Source: an archaeon (GTDB taxonomy: Archaea; Iainarchaeota; Iainarchaeia; Iainarchaeales; 1-14-0-10-31-34). Taken from it: 64,000 nucleotides of DNA. Positions 54,512-64,000 of the stretch are shown piece after piece. The DNA lies in assembly GCA_043819075.1 (NCBI GenBank), contig JBDRFE010000002.1, positions 66,253 through 130,252 of the forward strand, given 5' to 3'. Under the pieces are notes generated by a model. The model saw nothing but the letters and a program-made list of their open reading frames with translations, was not told the DNA's origin and searched no databases. The translations under genes and the position numbers were made by a program. Position 1 is the stretch's first letter, and each line of letters starts with the position of its first letter.

Positions 54512-56892
54512 TTAATTGAATTCTTTTTCGGGATAGAGCTTCCTTCGTTTTCTTTGTCTCTTTCTATTTCATAGCAGTCTCCTGAAGCGGCTTTCTCCAT
54601 TTCAGGGTCATGGGTTATTAAAAAAATCTGGTCAACCAACGAAGGTAAATGTTCTTTCATCATTGCACTCAGCTTTATTACCGCATTTTTGTCAAGATTG
54701 TGTGTCGGCTCATCCAGTATAAGCCAGCTTAAATTTTGTGTCAATACAAGGGAAAAAGCTGTCCTGATGCAGATTGCTGCGGCACTTCTTTCTCCTCCTG
54801 AAAGAATTCCTTCAACTCTGGTCCATTTACCGTTTTTTTCTTTTACTTTTATTTCATAATTTCCTTCTTCTATTTCCATTTTAGCTGAAGTAAAGTCTCC
54901 GTAAGGGTAAACCCTATTCCAGACGTCATCCATTGCGTCGTTTATTGTGTCAATCATTTCTTTTCTTAACTCTGACTGGGTTTCATTTAATGCGTTATTG
55001 AATAAAGCCATTCCTGAAACCATTTTTTCCTGTTTTTCCACTTCTTCAATTAATTCTTTTATTTTCTTTTTTTCTTTTTCAATTCTTTCAATGTTTGATT
55101 TAATGCTTTCAATTAATTCGTTTTTGGTTTTAATTTCTTTTTCAATGAATTCAACTGAAGATTTTTTTGCAGAAACAGCCTCTTTTTTTTCGCTGAAAGA
55201 GTTTTCCCTGTAATCAAGCAGGCTTTTTTCTTCTGAGGTTTTTTCAAGTTCTTTTTTCCACTGAATGTATCTGGCTAATTCGTTGAGCAGTTCAATTGTT
55301 TCCTCTGTTTTTTTTATTTTTTCTTCAAGTTCTTCTGGTTTTTTTCCGCTGAATCCGGTTTCAAGTTTTTTTTTCAGTGAATCCTTTTCGCTTATTTTTT
55401 TAATGCATTTTTCTTCTTCTTTTTCTGTTTCTTCAATTTCACTTATTTTTTCCTTTAATGAATCAACAGTGTTTTTTTCTTCACCAAGTTTTTTTATTTC
55501 AGTTTCTTTTTCTTTTGCTGTGTCTTTTTTTGTTTTTACCTCGAAAGCTATTTTTTTTTCGTCTTCTGAAAGCCCTTTGTTTATTATCCTGATTCTTGCC
55601 TGCTCTTTTTCATATGAGTTGATTACTTCAAGCTTTTTTTCCTTGCTTAATTTTGTCGAGCACACAGGGCAGTCTGCTCCTGGTTTGCTTAATTTCCTTA
55701 TATTTTCTTCGAGTTCATCAATTTTTTTTGCGTTAACCGAAAAACCGTTTCCCATTTCATTTAATTCTTTTTCTTTTGCCTCTGCTTCTTCTTTAGCCTG
55801 TTTTAATGCTTCAGAAAGCTTTTTTTCCCTGTTTTCCATTTCAGATATTTTTTCCATTATTTTTTCTGCTGAATCAATTCCTTTTAAAGAATCTTTTTTC
55901 CTGTTTTTTTCTTTTTCAAGGAATTCAAGTTTTTCTTTTTCTGCTTTTATTCCTGCTTCAAGCACGGAAATTTCTTTTGAAATTTTTTCTAACTCTGTTT
56001 TTTGTTTTTTTAACTCCTTCAGCCTTTCTTTTTCTTCTTCCGTGCCTGTTTTTTCCAGTTCGCTTTTCTTTTGCCCGAGCTTTTTTTCTGCTTCAGAGAG
56101 TTTTGATTTTAATTCGATTTCTTTTTCCTTTAATTTAGTGAATTTTTTTTCTTTTCCTTCAAGGGATAAAAGCTCTTTTAATGCTTTTTCCAGCTCTTCT
56201 TTTTCTTCACTGTTTTTTTCCCTGAGGTTGCTTATTTCTTTTTCTTTTTCTTTTTTGATTTCTTCAAGTTCTTTGAGCATGTTTTCATCAATTAATTCAG
56301 AGTTTTTTTTGATTAAGTCTTTTCTGTCTTCAGCCATTCTTTTAATCCTGTTTATTGCTGAAACACTGGTTTTTCTTGCTTTTTCATACCTGTCTAATCC
56401 AAGGATTTCATCAAACTTGTTTTTTCTCTGCATCGGGCTTAATTTAAGGAAGAAATCTATCTGGTTCTGTTCAGAGTAAACTGCTCTTGAGAAAAGGTCA
56501 TAGTTTATTTCAAGTATTTCCTCTATTTTTTCGTTTACATCGCTTGGTTTTGGCCCTGCAATCAGTTTTCCGTCTTCCAATAGTTTTGCCTGATTTGCGT
56601 TTTTTCCCAAAAAAACAGTTCTTTTTACTAAATAGTTTTTGCTGTTGTAATCGAATTCAAGCTCTACTTTTGATTCATCCATCTGATTCGGCTTGTTCAT
56701 TATTATTTCGTTTAAGCTCACTGACTTGGAGTTTAATGCTGGATATGTTCCGAATAATGCAAAACACATTGCCTCGATTACAGTGCTTTTTCCTGCGCCA
56801 ATAATTCCGGTTAAGACATTGGTTCCTTTGCTGAATTCAAGTTCAGAGTTCCTGTGGCTTTTCCAGTTGTAAAGCCGTATTTTTTTTATCAT
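54508..56892 (-). CDS. rad50: Rad50 ATPase (SMC-like, zinc hook)
   Basis: N-terminal Walker A (LTGIIGAGKSTV), long coiled coil with central CPVC hook, C-terminal signature/Walker B/D-loop (LSGGERSAAAI, LILDEPTHNLD). Confidence 0.85.
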   Translation of the reverse strand: MIKKIRLYNWKSHRNSELEFSKGTNVLTGIIGAGKSTVIEAMCFALFGTYPALNSKSVSLNEIIMNKPNQMDESKVELEFDYNSKNYLVKRTVFLGKNANQAKLLEDGKLIAGPKPSDVNEKIEEILEINYDLFSRAVYSEQNQIDFFLKLSPMQRKNKFDEILGLDRYEKARKTSVSAINRIKRMAEDRKDLIKKNSELIDENMLKELEEIKKEKEKEISNLREKNSEEKEELEKALKELLSLEGKEKKFTKLKEKEIELKSKLSEAEKKLGQKKSELEKTGTEEEKERLKELKKQKTELEKISKEISVLEAGIKAEKEKLEFLEKEKNRKKDSLKGIDSAEKIMEKISEMENREKKLSEALKQAKEEAEAKEKELNEMGNGFSVNAKKIDELEENIRKLSKPGADCPVCSTKLSKEKKLEVINSYEKEQARIRIINKGLSEDEKKIAFEVKTKKDTAKEKETEIKKLGEEKNTVDSLKEKISEIEETEKEEEKCIKKISEKDSLKKKLETGFSGKKPEELEEKIKKTEETIELLNELARYIQWKKELEKTSEEKSLLDYRENSFSEKKEAVSAKKSSVEFIEKEIKTKNELIESIKSNIERIEKEKKKIKELIEEVEKQEKMVSGMALFNNALNETQSELRKEMIDTINDAMDDVWNRVYPYGDFTSAKMEIEEGNYEIKVKEKNGKWTRVEGILSGGERSAAAICIRTAFSLVLTQNLSWLILDEPTHNLDKNAVIKLSAMMKEHLPSLVDQIFLITHDPEMEKAASGDCYEIERDKENEGSSIPKKNSIN

Positions 56893-57041
56893 TTAATTTT
56901 ATTTGTGGCTGGAGGTTTTTAAAAAAAGAATTAGTTATGTATAAACAACTTTTAAGAAAAGGTGCAACTCAAAATTTTGTTGTTGTAACAAAATGCAGGG
57001 CATGTGTTTCACTCAGTCCAACTGCCTTTTAAGAAAAGCCC

Positions 57042-57302
57042 TTAGAGTAGGTTCATTCCAATGTTTTCAACAGAGCTTACACCTTTTATTGCGTTTAATG
57101 CCTGCTCTATTTTTTCGGTTATTCCTTCTGTTCCTTTTGCTTCAGTCACTATGGCTATTTTTATTGCTTCCAAGCCGAATGCAATTGGCTCTCTTTTCAT
57201 GTCCCTGAGTTCGCCTAATCTATTTACTTTGTCTTTTATTTCATTTTCTATTCTTTTGATTTCTTCCATGTCTTCTGGTGCAATCCTGTAAATTAAAACC
57301 AT
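57042..57302 (-). CDS. Translation elongation factor 1-beta (aEF-1beta)
   Basis: MVLIYRIAPED...KREPIAFGLEAIKIAIVTEAKGTEGITEKIEQALNAIKGVSSVE matches aEF-1beta; the ORF track extends the start to 57341. Confidence 0.75.
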   Translation of the reverse strand: MVLIYRIAPEDMEEIKRIENEIKDKVNRLGELRDMKREPIAFGLEAIKIAIVTEAKGTEGITEKIEQALNAIKGVSSVENIGMNLL

Positions 57303-57319
57303 TTTTCCCATGCTTTCAC

Positions 57320-57475
57320 CTATGGGCCGACAAAACTGCATTCAATGCATTTGTATTCTTTTGATGTTGACTTACAGTGGTCGCACCTAATTATTTTTGC
57401 GTTCCCGCACTTTGGGCACGGGAATTCAGTGAAATCAAAATTCACTTCTTTATTGCATGAACTGCATAACTTCAT
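57320..57475 (-). CDS. Small zinc-ribbon protein (the aEF-1beta-linked COG2888-like family); not in the ORF track (under 60 aa)
   Basis: MKLCSSCNKEVNFDFTEFPCPKCGNAKIIRCDHCKSTSKEYKCIECSFVGP: two C-x2-C pairs twice, immediately upstream of EF-1beta. Confidence 0.55.
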   Translation of the reverse strand: MKLCSSCNKEVNFDFTEFPCPKCGNAKIIRCDHCKSTSKEYKCIECSFVGP

Positions 57476-57565
57476 TTTAAATACCTCTGAAATTTAGCTG
57501 ACTTTAAGTTTAAATAATCAGTATTACTCAATTATTTCTGTAGTATTATCTTTAAAAAGCTTTTA

Positions 57566-57639
57566 GGACTCGTGGCGCAACCGGACAGCGCAATCCGCTT
57601 CGGACGGATAGGTTGGGGGTTCGAATCCCCTCGAGTTCA
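57566..57639 (+). tRNA. tRNA-Arg (anticodon TCG)
   Basis: GGACTCGTGGCGCAACCGGACAGCGCAATCCGCTTCGGACGGATAGGTTGGGGGTTCGAATCCCCTCGAGTTCA: cloverleaf with TTCGAAT T-loop, anticodon loop CTTCGGA. Confidence 0.9.
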
Positions 57640-57890
57640 TTCGCGCTTTCGAGCGCGAGCACCGACTCGCTTCCGTGCGAGTGTGACGGCGCACGGCTTT
57701 CAGCCGAGCATGCTTCGCTTTCGCGGTTCCGTCCGCGAGCAACGGAGCACGGCATAAAGCCGTGCTAGCACCACTTTACGTGGTGCGCGTACACCAGCCG
57801 AACGTGACGGCTGCGGCATAAAGCCGTATGTGCTTCGCTTTCGTGATTTCGCTTGCGGGTGTAGAGCGATATATCAAGTTATTTCGTTTC
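57640..57890 (+). repeat. GC-rich hairpin element (copy D) immediately 3' of tRNA-Arg
   Basis: ~250 nt at ~58% GC; homologous to copy C (3' of tRNA-Gly-GCC) with a 56-nt indel flanked by a GCACGGC direct repeat; hairpins GCGC-TTTCGA-GCGC, GCACGGC-ATAAA-GCCGTGC, CAGCCG-AACGTGA-CGGCTG. Confidence 0.65.
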
Positions 57891-57917
57891 ACTCAATAAC
57901 TCATTAATATTTTTTTA

Positions 57918-59297
57918 TTATTTCCTTTTAAGGTATTTTGAAAAAAACTCTTTTGCCTCGCCTTTATAGATTTTCTTTAATTTTTTTCCAGAGTAAACTG
58001 AAAATTTTTCTTTGAGCTGTCTTACAAGGAATTTTTTTGGGTTAACCTTGATTTGTTTTTCAATGAATTCTTTTACTGCAGTTTCTGCTTTAATATGCTT
58101 TCTTTTCACTTTTGCATGCAAATGCCCTTTGATTTCTTTTACTTTGTGTCTGCCGTGTTTTTCCCTGAATTTGCTTGCGTGCTCTTTCATTTCACTCGGC
58201 GGGCCTTTAACCATTTTTTCTTTTCCCAGCTGTTTTTCTTTCACTTCAACTAATAAAAGCATTTTTTCTTTCTGGTCTGTCCAGAGCTTTTCATTTAAGA
58301 CAGTGAAATCGTTTTCCTCTAATTCTTTTCTCAGCTTCCTTAAAAACTGCCTTAGCTGGCCGAATGCAACGTCTTCATGGATTTTTTTATAGCCTGTTTC
58401 AATTACTAAAATGTTTTTTCCTGAAATTTTTTTATTGAATTCTTTTTGGGAAAAAATTTTAACTGGTTTTGGAAAAAAGAAATGCATTGAAGGTTTTCTT
58501 AAAAACTCTTTTGCTTTTTCCCTGAATCTTTCATAAACTTCAGGCGAAACTGCTGCTGCAACATTCCTTTTTTCGTCTGTCGGGTCAATGAACACTAAAG
58601 GAAAAGAAAATTTTTTCGCAAGCTCTGCTTCTTTTTTTTTGTTCAGTTTTTCTGTCAGGGAAATGATTTTTTGTGGTTTCCAAGACCAAGCTTTTTTTAG
58701 AGTGTTTTCAAATGACTTGTATTTGATTACAAGCAATTCAGTTAAATAGCCTGAAAACCCCTGTGTTTTTAGTTCTGCTCCATAGCATTCAGTTCCTTTA
58801 AGGAATTTTTTCAGCAGCCGAATTTCGTTTCTGTGTGTTTCTTTTATTTTTTCCTGCACAAAACTTGTATGGAATGGAGTCCTGTCAACTGAAGACAGCA
58901 GTTCTTTTGTACTGCTTATTTTGTATGCAGGAATTAATTCAATTTTGTGGCCTTCTATTTCTGTTTTCACATAAGGGTGCTCGCCAAAATCTATTTCCCA
59001 GTTTTTGCCTGAAATCTTTTTTGCAATCCTTAATCCTTCTTTAATAAATTCTTTTCTTTCAAGTTTTTTGTCAAATAAAATGAATATGTCAATGTCTTTG
59101 TCGCCTTTTAGGTGAGTGTTCCTTGAAAGCGAGCCTGCAAGTATTGCTTCCAGATGCTTTCCCTTGCATTTATTTATTTTTTCCAGTATTTTTTCCGATA
59201 TTTCTTTTTCTTTTCTTATTTCTTCTTCTGATGGGATTACCTTTTCAAGGACCTTTTTTTTTATTTCAGCCATTTTTTGTTTTTTCACAGAAACCAT
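57918..59297 (-). CDS. cca: CCA-adding tRNA nucleotidyltransferase (archaeal class I)
   Basis: GSLSRNTHLKGDKDIDIFILF nucleotidyltransferase motif (GS...DxD), ~450 aa. Confidence 0.8.
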   Translation of the reverse strand: MVSVKKQKMAEIKKKVLEKVIPSEEEIRKEKEISEKILEKINKCKGKHLEAILAGSLSRNTHLKGDKDIDIFILFDKKLERKEFIKEGLRIAKKISGKNWEIDFGEHPYVKTEIEGHKIELIPAYKISSTKELLSSVDRTPFHTSFVQEKIKETHRNEIRLLKKFLKGTECYGAELKTQGFSGYLTELLVIKYKSFENTLKKAWSWKPQKIISLTEKLNKKKEAELAKKFSFPLVFIDPTDEKRNVAAAVSPEVYERFREKAKEFLRKPSMHFFFPKPVKIFSQKEFNKKISGKNILVIETGYKKIHEDVAFGQLRQFLRKLRKELEENDFTVLNEKLWTDQKEKMLLLVEVKEKQLGKEKMVKGPPSEMKEHASKFREKHGRHKVKEIKGHLHAKVKRKHIKAETAVKEFIEKQIKVNPKKFLVRQLKEKFSVYSGKKLKKIYKGEAKEFFSKYLKRK

Positions 59298-59351
59298 TAA
59301 ATATTGTGTTAATTTATTTAATATAGTTGTTGTTAAACAAGGTGTTTTTTT

Positions 59352-60962
59352 TTGGCTAAACTGGAAGAACTTAATTTCAATAAAATAATCAAAACAGAGC
59401 AGGACACTGCAATTGTTCCCATGAAAAAAGAGCTTAACCTGATTGACTCTTATGACTTGATTGAAATCTTTGAGGATTACCCTTCTTATTATTATTTTAT
59501 TAAAAAGCCTCTTCTTTCTGACAGGGAAAAACTTTTTGGTTCGGTGCTTGAAAACATTATTTTAAAAAAAGCTTCAATTCCAGACCTTTCCTCCAAGCTT
59601 GGTTTGTCAAAGGATTTTTTGAATGAACTGAATGACAGCGTAATTCATGAAATTGAGTCACAAAATTTGTTGCATGTTCTTCCAGATGATGAATCGTTTA
59701 ATGTAATAAAAGAATCTTTTTTGTCGCTTGCAAAAAAGCATTTGGATTTCATTGTCCATCCAAGTGAATTAACTGACCTTGTTTTGGGCAGGACAATTGG
59801 TTATGGTTTTTTGTCTAACATGGTGCATGATGACTGGCTTGAAGAAATAATGGTTAATGGCTATGACAAACCTGTTTTTATTTTTCACAGAAAATACGGC
59901 ATGTGTGAAACAAATGTTTTGATTAAAAAAGACGGTTTTATTCAGAGACTGCTTTACAGGATTGCTTCTACGGTAAGCAGGGAATTAACTGATTCAAGGC
60001 CTTTGCTTGATGCAAGGCTTCCTGATGGTTCCAGGGCTAATGCCACTTCGCCTTATGCGACTCCTTTTGGGCCCACACTTACAATCAGGAAGTTTTCTAA
60101 GACTCCTTTAAGCATTATTGATTTAATTAATACTGGGACAATGAATGCAGAGATTGCGGCTTTTTTGTGGGTTATGGTTGAAGGCTTTGGCATTGAGCCA
60201 ATGAACATTATTATTACCGGCGGAAGCGGTACAGGAAAAACTTCTACTTTAAATGCATTATCTGTTTTTGTAAGAAAAGAGGACAGGATTATTACAATTG
60301 AAGACACTTTAGAGCTTCATTTAGGCGAAAGGCAGAACTGGATTCAGATGGAGGCAAGGCCAGAGATTTCTGGAACACAGGAACTGTCAATGGATGACTT
60401 GCTTAAAAATGCTTTGAGAATGCGCCCTGACAGGATTATTTTAGGAGAGGTAAGAGGCCCTGAAGCACAAACCCTGTTTACTGCAATGGATATAGGTCAC
60501 AGCGGATGCATGGGGACAGTGCATTCAAATAACGGAAGGGAATTGATTACCAGATTAAAAAGTGCTCCGATGAATGTTCCTGACATAATGCTGCCTTTGC
60601 TTGACTTGATTGTAGTGCAATACAGGATGCATGCCCCTGGAAAAGGAGTTATAAGAAGAATAACCCAGATATGCGAGGTAAGTAGGATGGATGAACAGAC
60701 TTTGCTTGGAGAACTGTTTGTCTGGAGAAAAGAAGAAGACACAATAAAACAGACTTCAACTCCAGCTCATATTCTTGAAAAGATTGCTGACAGGGCAGCC
60801 AAGACAAAAAAAGATGTGATGAAAGAAATTAAAATCAGGCAGAGAATCCTTGAATGGATGACTTTGAATGGAATTCACTTGAATGCAGATGTACAGAATA
60901 TTATCCAAAAATATTATTATAATTCAACTGAACTGCTTGAACAGGTTTCAGAAGAACTTTAA
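59352..60962 (+). CDS. Type II/IV secretion-family ATPase (archaeal FlaI/PilB-like)
   Basis: Walker A IIITGGSGTGKTS, Asp box, Walker B (RIILGEVRG), His box (GHSGCMGTVH). Confidence 0.8.
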   Translation: MAKLEELNFNKIIKTEQDTAIVPMKKELNLIDSYDLIEIFEDYPSYYYFIKKPLLSDREKLFGSVLENIILKKASIPDLSSKLGLSKDFLNELNDSVIHEIESQNLLHVLPDDESFNVIKESFLSLAKKHLDFIVHPSELTDLVLGRTIGYGFLSNMVHDDWLEEIMVNGYDKPVFIFHRKYGMCETNVLIKKDGFIQRLLYRIASTVSRELTDSRPLLDARLPDGSRANATSPYATPFGPTLTIRKFSKTPLSIIDLINTGTMNAEIAAFLWVMVEGFGIEPMNIIITGGSGTGKTSTLNALSVFVRKEDRIITIEDTLELHLGERQNWIQMEARPEISGTQELSMDDLLKNALRMRPDRIILGEVRGPEAQTLFTAMDIGHSGCMGTVHSNNGRELITRLKSAPMNVPDIMLPLLDLIVVQYRMHAPGKGVIRRITQICEVSRMDEQTLLGELFVWRKEEDTIKQTSTPAHILEKIADRAAKTKKDVMKEIKIRQRILEWMTLNGIHLNADVQNIIQKYYYNSTELLEQVSEEL

Positions 60963-61522
60963 TCATTCAGGCTGAAAGAAAAATTTTTTTTGTAGTCAGG
61001 CCCTTCTGGAAGCAATACTGATTCCATTAAATCAAATTCTTTTGCCTCAATTTTTTCCTCAAAATGAATTTTTTTTAATTTTTCAGCCAGTTCCCTGAAT
61101 TGCATTGAATTCATTTTTTTGTTTCTTGCAATAGTTATATGGGAATTAAACCTGTTGTCTGTAATTTCAAGTTTTGTGCAGATTTTTTCGTGCAGTGCGC
61201 TAATTTCTTTTTCCCCTTCTTTTATTTCAAGGAAAAGCACTCTTGAATTAAAGCTGTTTATTCCTGAAATTACTGCATGAAATTTTTCCTGCTTTATTTC
61301 ATTTATTTTTTCCTTTAATTCATTTATTTTTTCTTCAGGAAAATATCCTAAAAAAAGCAGTGTGATGTGAATGTTTTGTTCTTTTACTGCATTAACTCCT
61401 TGAGGGAATTTTTTGCAGTAGGTTTCAAATATTTTTTTCCTTGTTTTTTCGGGCAGGTTTATTGCAAAAAAAACTTTTTTCAAAGTTTTATCAAAACGCT
61501 TCGCAGAAATTCTTTTGTTCAT
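60959..61522 (-). CDS. RNA 2',3'-cyclic phosphodiesterase / 2'-5' RNA ligase (2H family, LigT/ThpR)
   Basis: Two H-x-T-x motifs (HITLLFLG and HITIAR). Confidence 0.75.
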   Translation of the reverse strand: MNKRISAKRFDKTLKKVFFAINLPEKTRKKIFETYCKKFPQGVNAVKEQNIHITLLFLGYFPEEKINELKEKINEIKQEKFHAVISGINSFNSRVLFLEIKEGEKEISALHEKICTKLEITDNRFNSHITIARNKKMNSMQFRELAEKLKKIHFEEKIEAKEFDLMESVLLPEGPDYKKNFSFSLND

Positions 61523-61572
61523 GCATTCACTTTAATTTTTTTCCCTGTTTTTCAAATTCTTTTGGCTGCAAT

Positions 61573-62172
61573 TCACTTTAATTTTTTCCTTGCGGTTTTT
61601 TCGAATTCCTTGAACTGAAAGTAATTTTTTTCAAGTTTTTTGTTTGCTTTTTCAAGCGCTTTTTCAAGGAATTTTTTTTCTGTAATTATTTCTCCTTTTA
61701 TTTTCACCGGAAAGGCAATTGATTGTGTGCCGATTAATTCTGTAATGAATTTTCCTTCAACTGCAACCATTATTCCTGCTCTCCTTATTCCGGCTGTTTT
61801 TGCGGCTTCAAGGACTTTTTTTGCGTTTTCAAGGCTGTCGGTTCCTAAATGCAGGATAAAAGGGTCTAATTTGAACCATAATTCTTCTTCTGAATTTTGT
61901 TTGTTTATTTCTTTCATTAATTCTTTGAAAGAAATTTTTCTGTGCCATTTTGCGTGAAAAGCTGCTTCTTTTTTGTTTCCTTCTTTGTCAATGTCAAGCA
62001 AAACTATTCTTCCTGCGCAGCTGCTTGAAGTGAAAAAGTTTTTTGTTTTGGAAATAAACCTGCAGAAAGGAATTATCTGGCTGTCTGCTTTCCCTTGTTT
62101 TACTGCATCAAAAAAAGTTTTTTTGTGCCTTTCTTTTACCATTTCAAATCTTGTTTCTTCTTTGGTTTTCAT
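61573..62172 (-). CDS. taw3: tRNA wybutosine-pathway methyltransferase Taw3/TYW3-like
   Basis: SSCAGRI motif (the TYW3 S-x-C-S-G-R-I signature). Confidence 0.65.
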   Translation of the reverse strand: MKTKEETRFEMVKERHKKTFFDAVKQGKADSQIIPFCRFISKTKNFFTSSSCAGRIVLLDIDKEGNKKEAAFHAKWHRKISFKELMKEINKQNSEEELWFKLDPFILHLGTDSLENAKKVLEAAKTAGIRRAGIMVAVEGKFITELIGTQSIAFPVKIKGEIITEKKFLEKALEKANKKLEKNYFQFKEFEKTARKKLK

Positions 62173-62816
62173 ATTTTCATAAACTCCGTTTTTTTTGTTT
62201 TTGTATCAATTAAAGCCGCTCTGTTTTCTTTTACTGCACCAGGATTAATGCAGGTTGTTTTGCCTATTTTTTCTTTTCCAAATGATTCATGGCAGTGGCC
62301 TGAAACACTGAATTCAGGCTCAAACTCTGTAATTATTTTCCTTATCGCATCTGAGCCAATGTGTTTTCCTGAAACATTTTTGTCCAGCAGTGAATTTTTC
62401 GGCGGTGAATGGGTTATCAGAAACACTTTTTCTTTTCCTGTTTCCTGCATTAATTCTTTGAGGCTTTCATATAATTCTTTTTCAGTGAAAATTATTTCGC
62501 CCATGCAGTCTGTTGCCCCGCCAAAACCGATGAAAGTGAATTCATTGTATTTTTCTTTTTTTGAGTGAATGGAAATTCCTTCTTTTTCAAGGAATAAAAT
62601 GCTTTCTTTTGTGTCAAGGTTTCCCGGAATGGCAAAAATTTTTTTGTTAAGCTTTTTTATTTTTTCAATGATTTTTTCTGTTTCTGCCTGTCCGCCGAAA
62701 TTAGTCAGGTCGCCTGCAGCAATCACCAGGTCAATTTCTTTTTTTCCTGCTTCTGACAGCAGTTTTTCAAGGCTTTCTTTTCTTGAATGAATATCGCTTA
62801 AAACCAGTATTTTCAT
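62169..62816 (-). CDS. Calcineurin-like metallophosphoesterase (YfcE/MJ0936 family)
   Basis: ILVLSDIHS, AAGDLT, GNLD, THSPP, GHCHE motifs. Confidence 0.75.
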   Translation of the reverse strand: MKILVLSDIHSRKESLEKLLSEAGKKEIDLVIAAGDLTNFGGQAETEKIIEKIKKLNKKIFAIPGNLDTKESILFLEKEGISIHSKKEKYNEFTFIGFGGATDCMGEIIFTEKELYESLKELMQETGKEKVFLITHSPPKNSLLDKNVSGKHIGSDAIRKIITEFEPEFSVSGHCHESFGKEKIGKTTCINPGAVKENRAALIDTKTKKTEFMKI

Positions 62817-62866
62817 GAATAAACCTTTTTATTTGCTTTGTAAGCAGAATATATTTAGGGAAAAAT

Positions 62867-63661
62867 ATGTTTAATAAGTTTTTTTCGGTTGTTCTGGCAG
62901 TGCTTTTCCTTGTTTCTTTTGCTTCTGGGTTAAAAATCGTTTTTCCTGTTGAAGCAGAAGTTTTAGGGGGTTCTCCAGTTGAATTAGGCAGTGTTTCCCC
63001 TGGGCAGACTTTTGAGCTGATTGTTTTTGATGAAAGATTTGATTCAATTGAATTGCAGGGCAAATTCAGTGACTGGCCGCATGAAACAGAATTTTATGAA
63101 AAAAACACTGCAATAAGGATTACTGTTCCGAAAGAAATTTCTCTTGGAACAAAAAGCATTTCTTTTAAGGCATTTGATTCAAAGAATGAATCTTTAGAAC
63201 AATCTTTTAATGCAGTGCTTAATGTCAGGAAAGACTTATGGTCTGTTAATGTATCTGATTTGGTTCAGGAAACAAGAGTTGATGTTCCGGCAAAGTTTGA
63301 CCTTACTTTTTCTAATGAATCAATTGCAGGGCAAAAAATAATTGTTTTTTCAAGCCTTCCTGTTTTCTGGCTGAACCAGAAAACTTTTGTGCTTGAGCCA
63401 AAATCTGTTTCAAAACAGTTAGTTGTGGTTAATCCAAGGCATTACGGCCAAAGAGAATTTGATTTTGTTTTTGACGCACCTGATTCCAGTGAACAAAAAA
63501 AGTTCAGGGCAAGGCTTTTAATTGAATCAAGCCTTTCAAGCAAGTATTCTTCTCCCGCTTTTGGTTTTCCTTTTTTTACCCCCAGCTTGTATTCTTTTTA
63601 CCTGTTTTCTTCTGGAATTGCGGTTTCCATGCAGTCGCTTCTTGAATTTGTTTCAAAATAA
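62867..63661 (+). CDS. Secreted/surface protein with signal peptide and C-terminal hydrophobic anchor (hypothetical)
   Basis: N-terminal signal sequence, beta-rich body, C-terminal GFPFFTPSLYSFYLFSSGIAVS anchor. Confidence 0.5.
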   Translation: MFNKFFSVVLAVLFLVSFASGLKIVFPVEAEVLGGSPVELGSVSPGQTFELIVFDERFDSIELQGKFSDWPHETEFYEKNTAIRITVPKEISLGTKSISFKAFDSKNESLEQSFNAVLNVRKDLWSVNVSDLVQETRVDVPAKFDLTFSNESIAGQKIIVFSSLPVFWLNQKTFVLEPKSVSKQLVVVNPRHYGQREFDFVFDAPDSSEQKKFRARLLIESSLSSKYSSPAFGFPFFTPSLYSFYLFSSGIAVSMQSLLEFVSK

Positions 63662-63675
63662 TTTCCGTATTTATT

Positions 63676-64000
63676 ATGAGCTTAAAGGATTATTCAAGGG
63701 AAATAATTGAACTTATTTTGTCAGGCAAAATCTCTTCCAAAGAAGAGCTTGATAAAATTAAATTAAAGACTGCGAGAAAGCATTTTTTAGAGGTTTTTCC
63801 ATCCAACCCAGACATTATTTGTTTTGCTTCAGCGAAAGAAAGGCAGAACAAAAAACTGGACTTGCTTTCAATTAAGCCTATCCGTTCATTAAGCGGAATT
63901 GTTTCTGTTGCAATAATGCCAAAGCCTTTGCCTTGCCCTGGCAAATGCATTTACTGTCCTTCAAGCCTTTTGCCTGATGTAATCACCCCAAAAAGTTATA
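63676..64000 (+). CDS. elp3: Elp3-family radical-SAM tRNA modification enzyme, N-terminal fragment (continues past the window; absent from the ORF track because no stop is reached)
   Basis: MSLKDYSREIIELILSG...KPIRSLSGIVSVAIMPKPLPCPGKCIYCPSS matches the Elp3 N-terminus with the CPxGKCxYCP iron-sulfur motif. Confidence 0.6.
   Translation, partial: MSLKDYSREIIELILSGKISSKEELDKIKLKTARKHFLEVFPSNPDIICFASAKERQNKKLDLLSIKPIRSLSGIVSVAIMPKPLPCPGKCIYCPSSLLPDVITPKSY

Noticed and set aside
55265-56479. Long low-complexity ORFs on the strand opposite rad50 (55265-56479), ftsY (29478-30404, 30289-30744), dnaG (36908-38281) and the A/T-rich 32160-32600 ORF
   Set aside because: Shadow ORFs. The coding strand is purine-rich (Lys/Glu codons), so the complement is an open Phe/Ser/Leu-rich frame. 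The real genes on the other strand have clear family signatures.
62169-62816. Metallophosphoesterase as the missing Mre11
   Set aside because: Only 215 aa and of the YfcE/MJ0936 type. It lacks the Mre11 capping and DNA-binding domains and is not linked to rad50.

Overview
AT-rich (~30% GC) archaeal chromosome segment, gene content typical of a small-genome DPANN-like archaeon. Every product call is from reading the six-frame translations by eye; no database searches were run. In order: an A-type ATP synthase operon (atpI partial, then K-E-C-F-A-B-D) whose atpB carries a 526-aa LAGLIDADG intein and whose atpA is split by a frameshift in an A10 homopolymer. A five-gene nucleotide-sugar modification cluster. 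radA with a 495-aa LAGLIDADG intein. An extracytoplasmic thiol-disulfide module (DsbA-like protein plus a protein with three thioredoxin-like CxxC domains). RPA, geranylgeranylglyceryl phosphate synthase, RtcA and a prepilin peptidase. The conserved archaeal block rps19e/dsDNA-binding protein/rpl39e/rpl31e/eIF6/rplLX/pfdA/ftsY, followed by srp54. Bacterial-type CoA genes (coaD, an Rpp21-CoaE fusion, panD). A tRNA island (tRNA-Gly-TCC, tRNA-Gly-GCC with a ~149-nt intron, tRNA-Val-TAC, and tRNA-Arg-TCG further on). A recombination/repair neighbourhood (hjc, dnaG, nurA, a RHH/MazF pair, herA, rad50). Translation and tRNA-maturation genes (rpoK, rps17e, EF-1beta, CCA enzyme, LigT, Taw3, a partial Elp3). 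Two features are not explained by the ORF track. First, a family of 130-250-nt GC-rich hairpin elements that abut tRNA genes and shows compensatory stem changes between copies. One copy sits in the 5' end of rplLX flanked by a perfect 27-bp direct repeat. Second, a shared upstream motif (TCACCGGCAGTC, then CTGAAA, then a TATA box, then a start codon about 25 nt on) in front of radA, nurA, herA, a PIN-domain gene and a 509-aa hypothetical. This motif is a candidate cis-element of a recombination-repair regulon.
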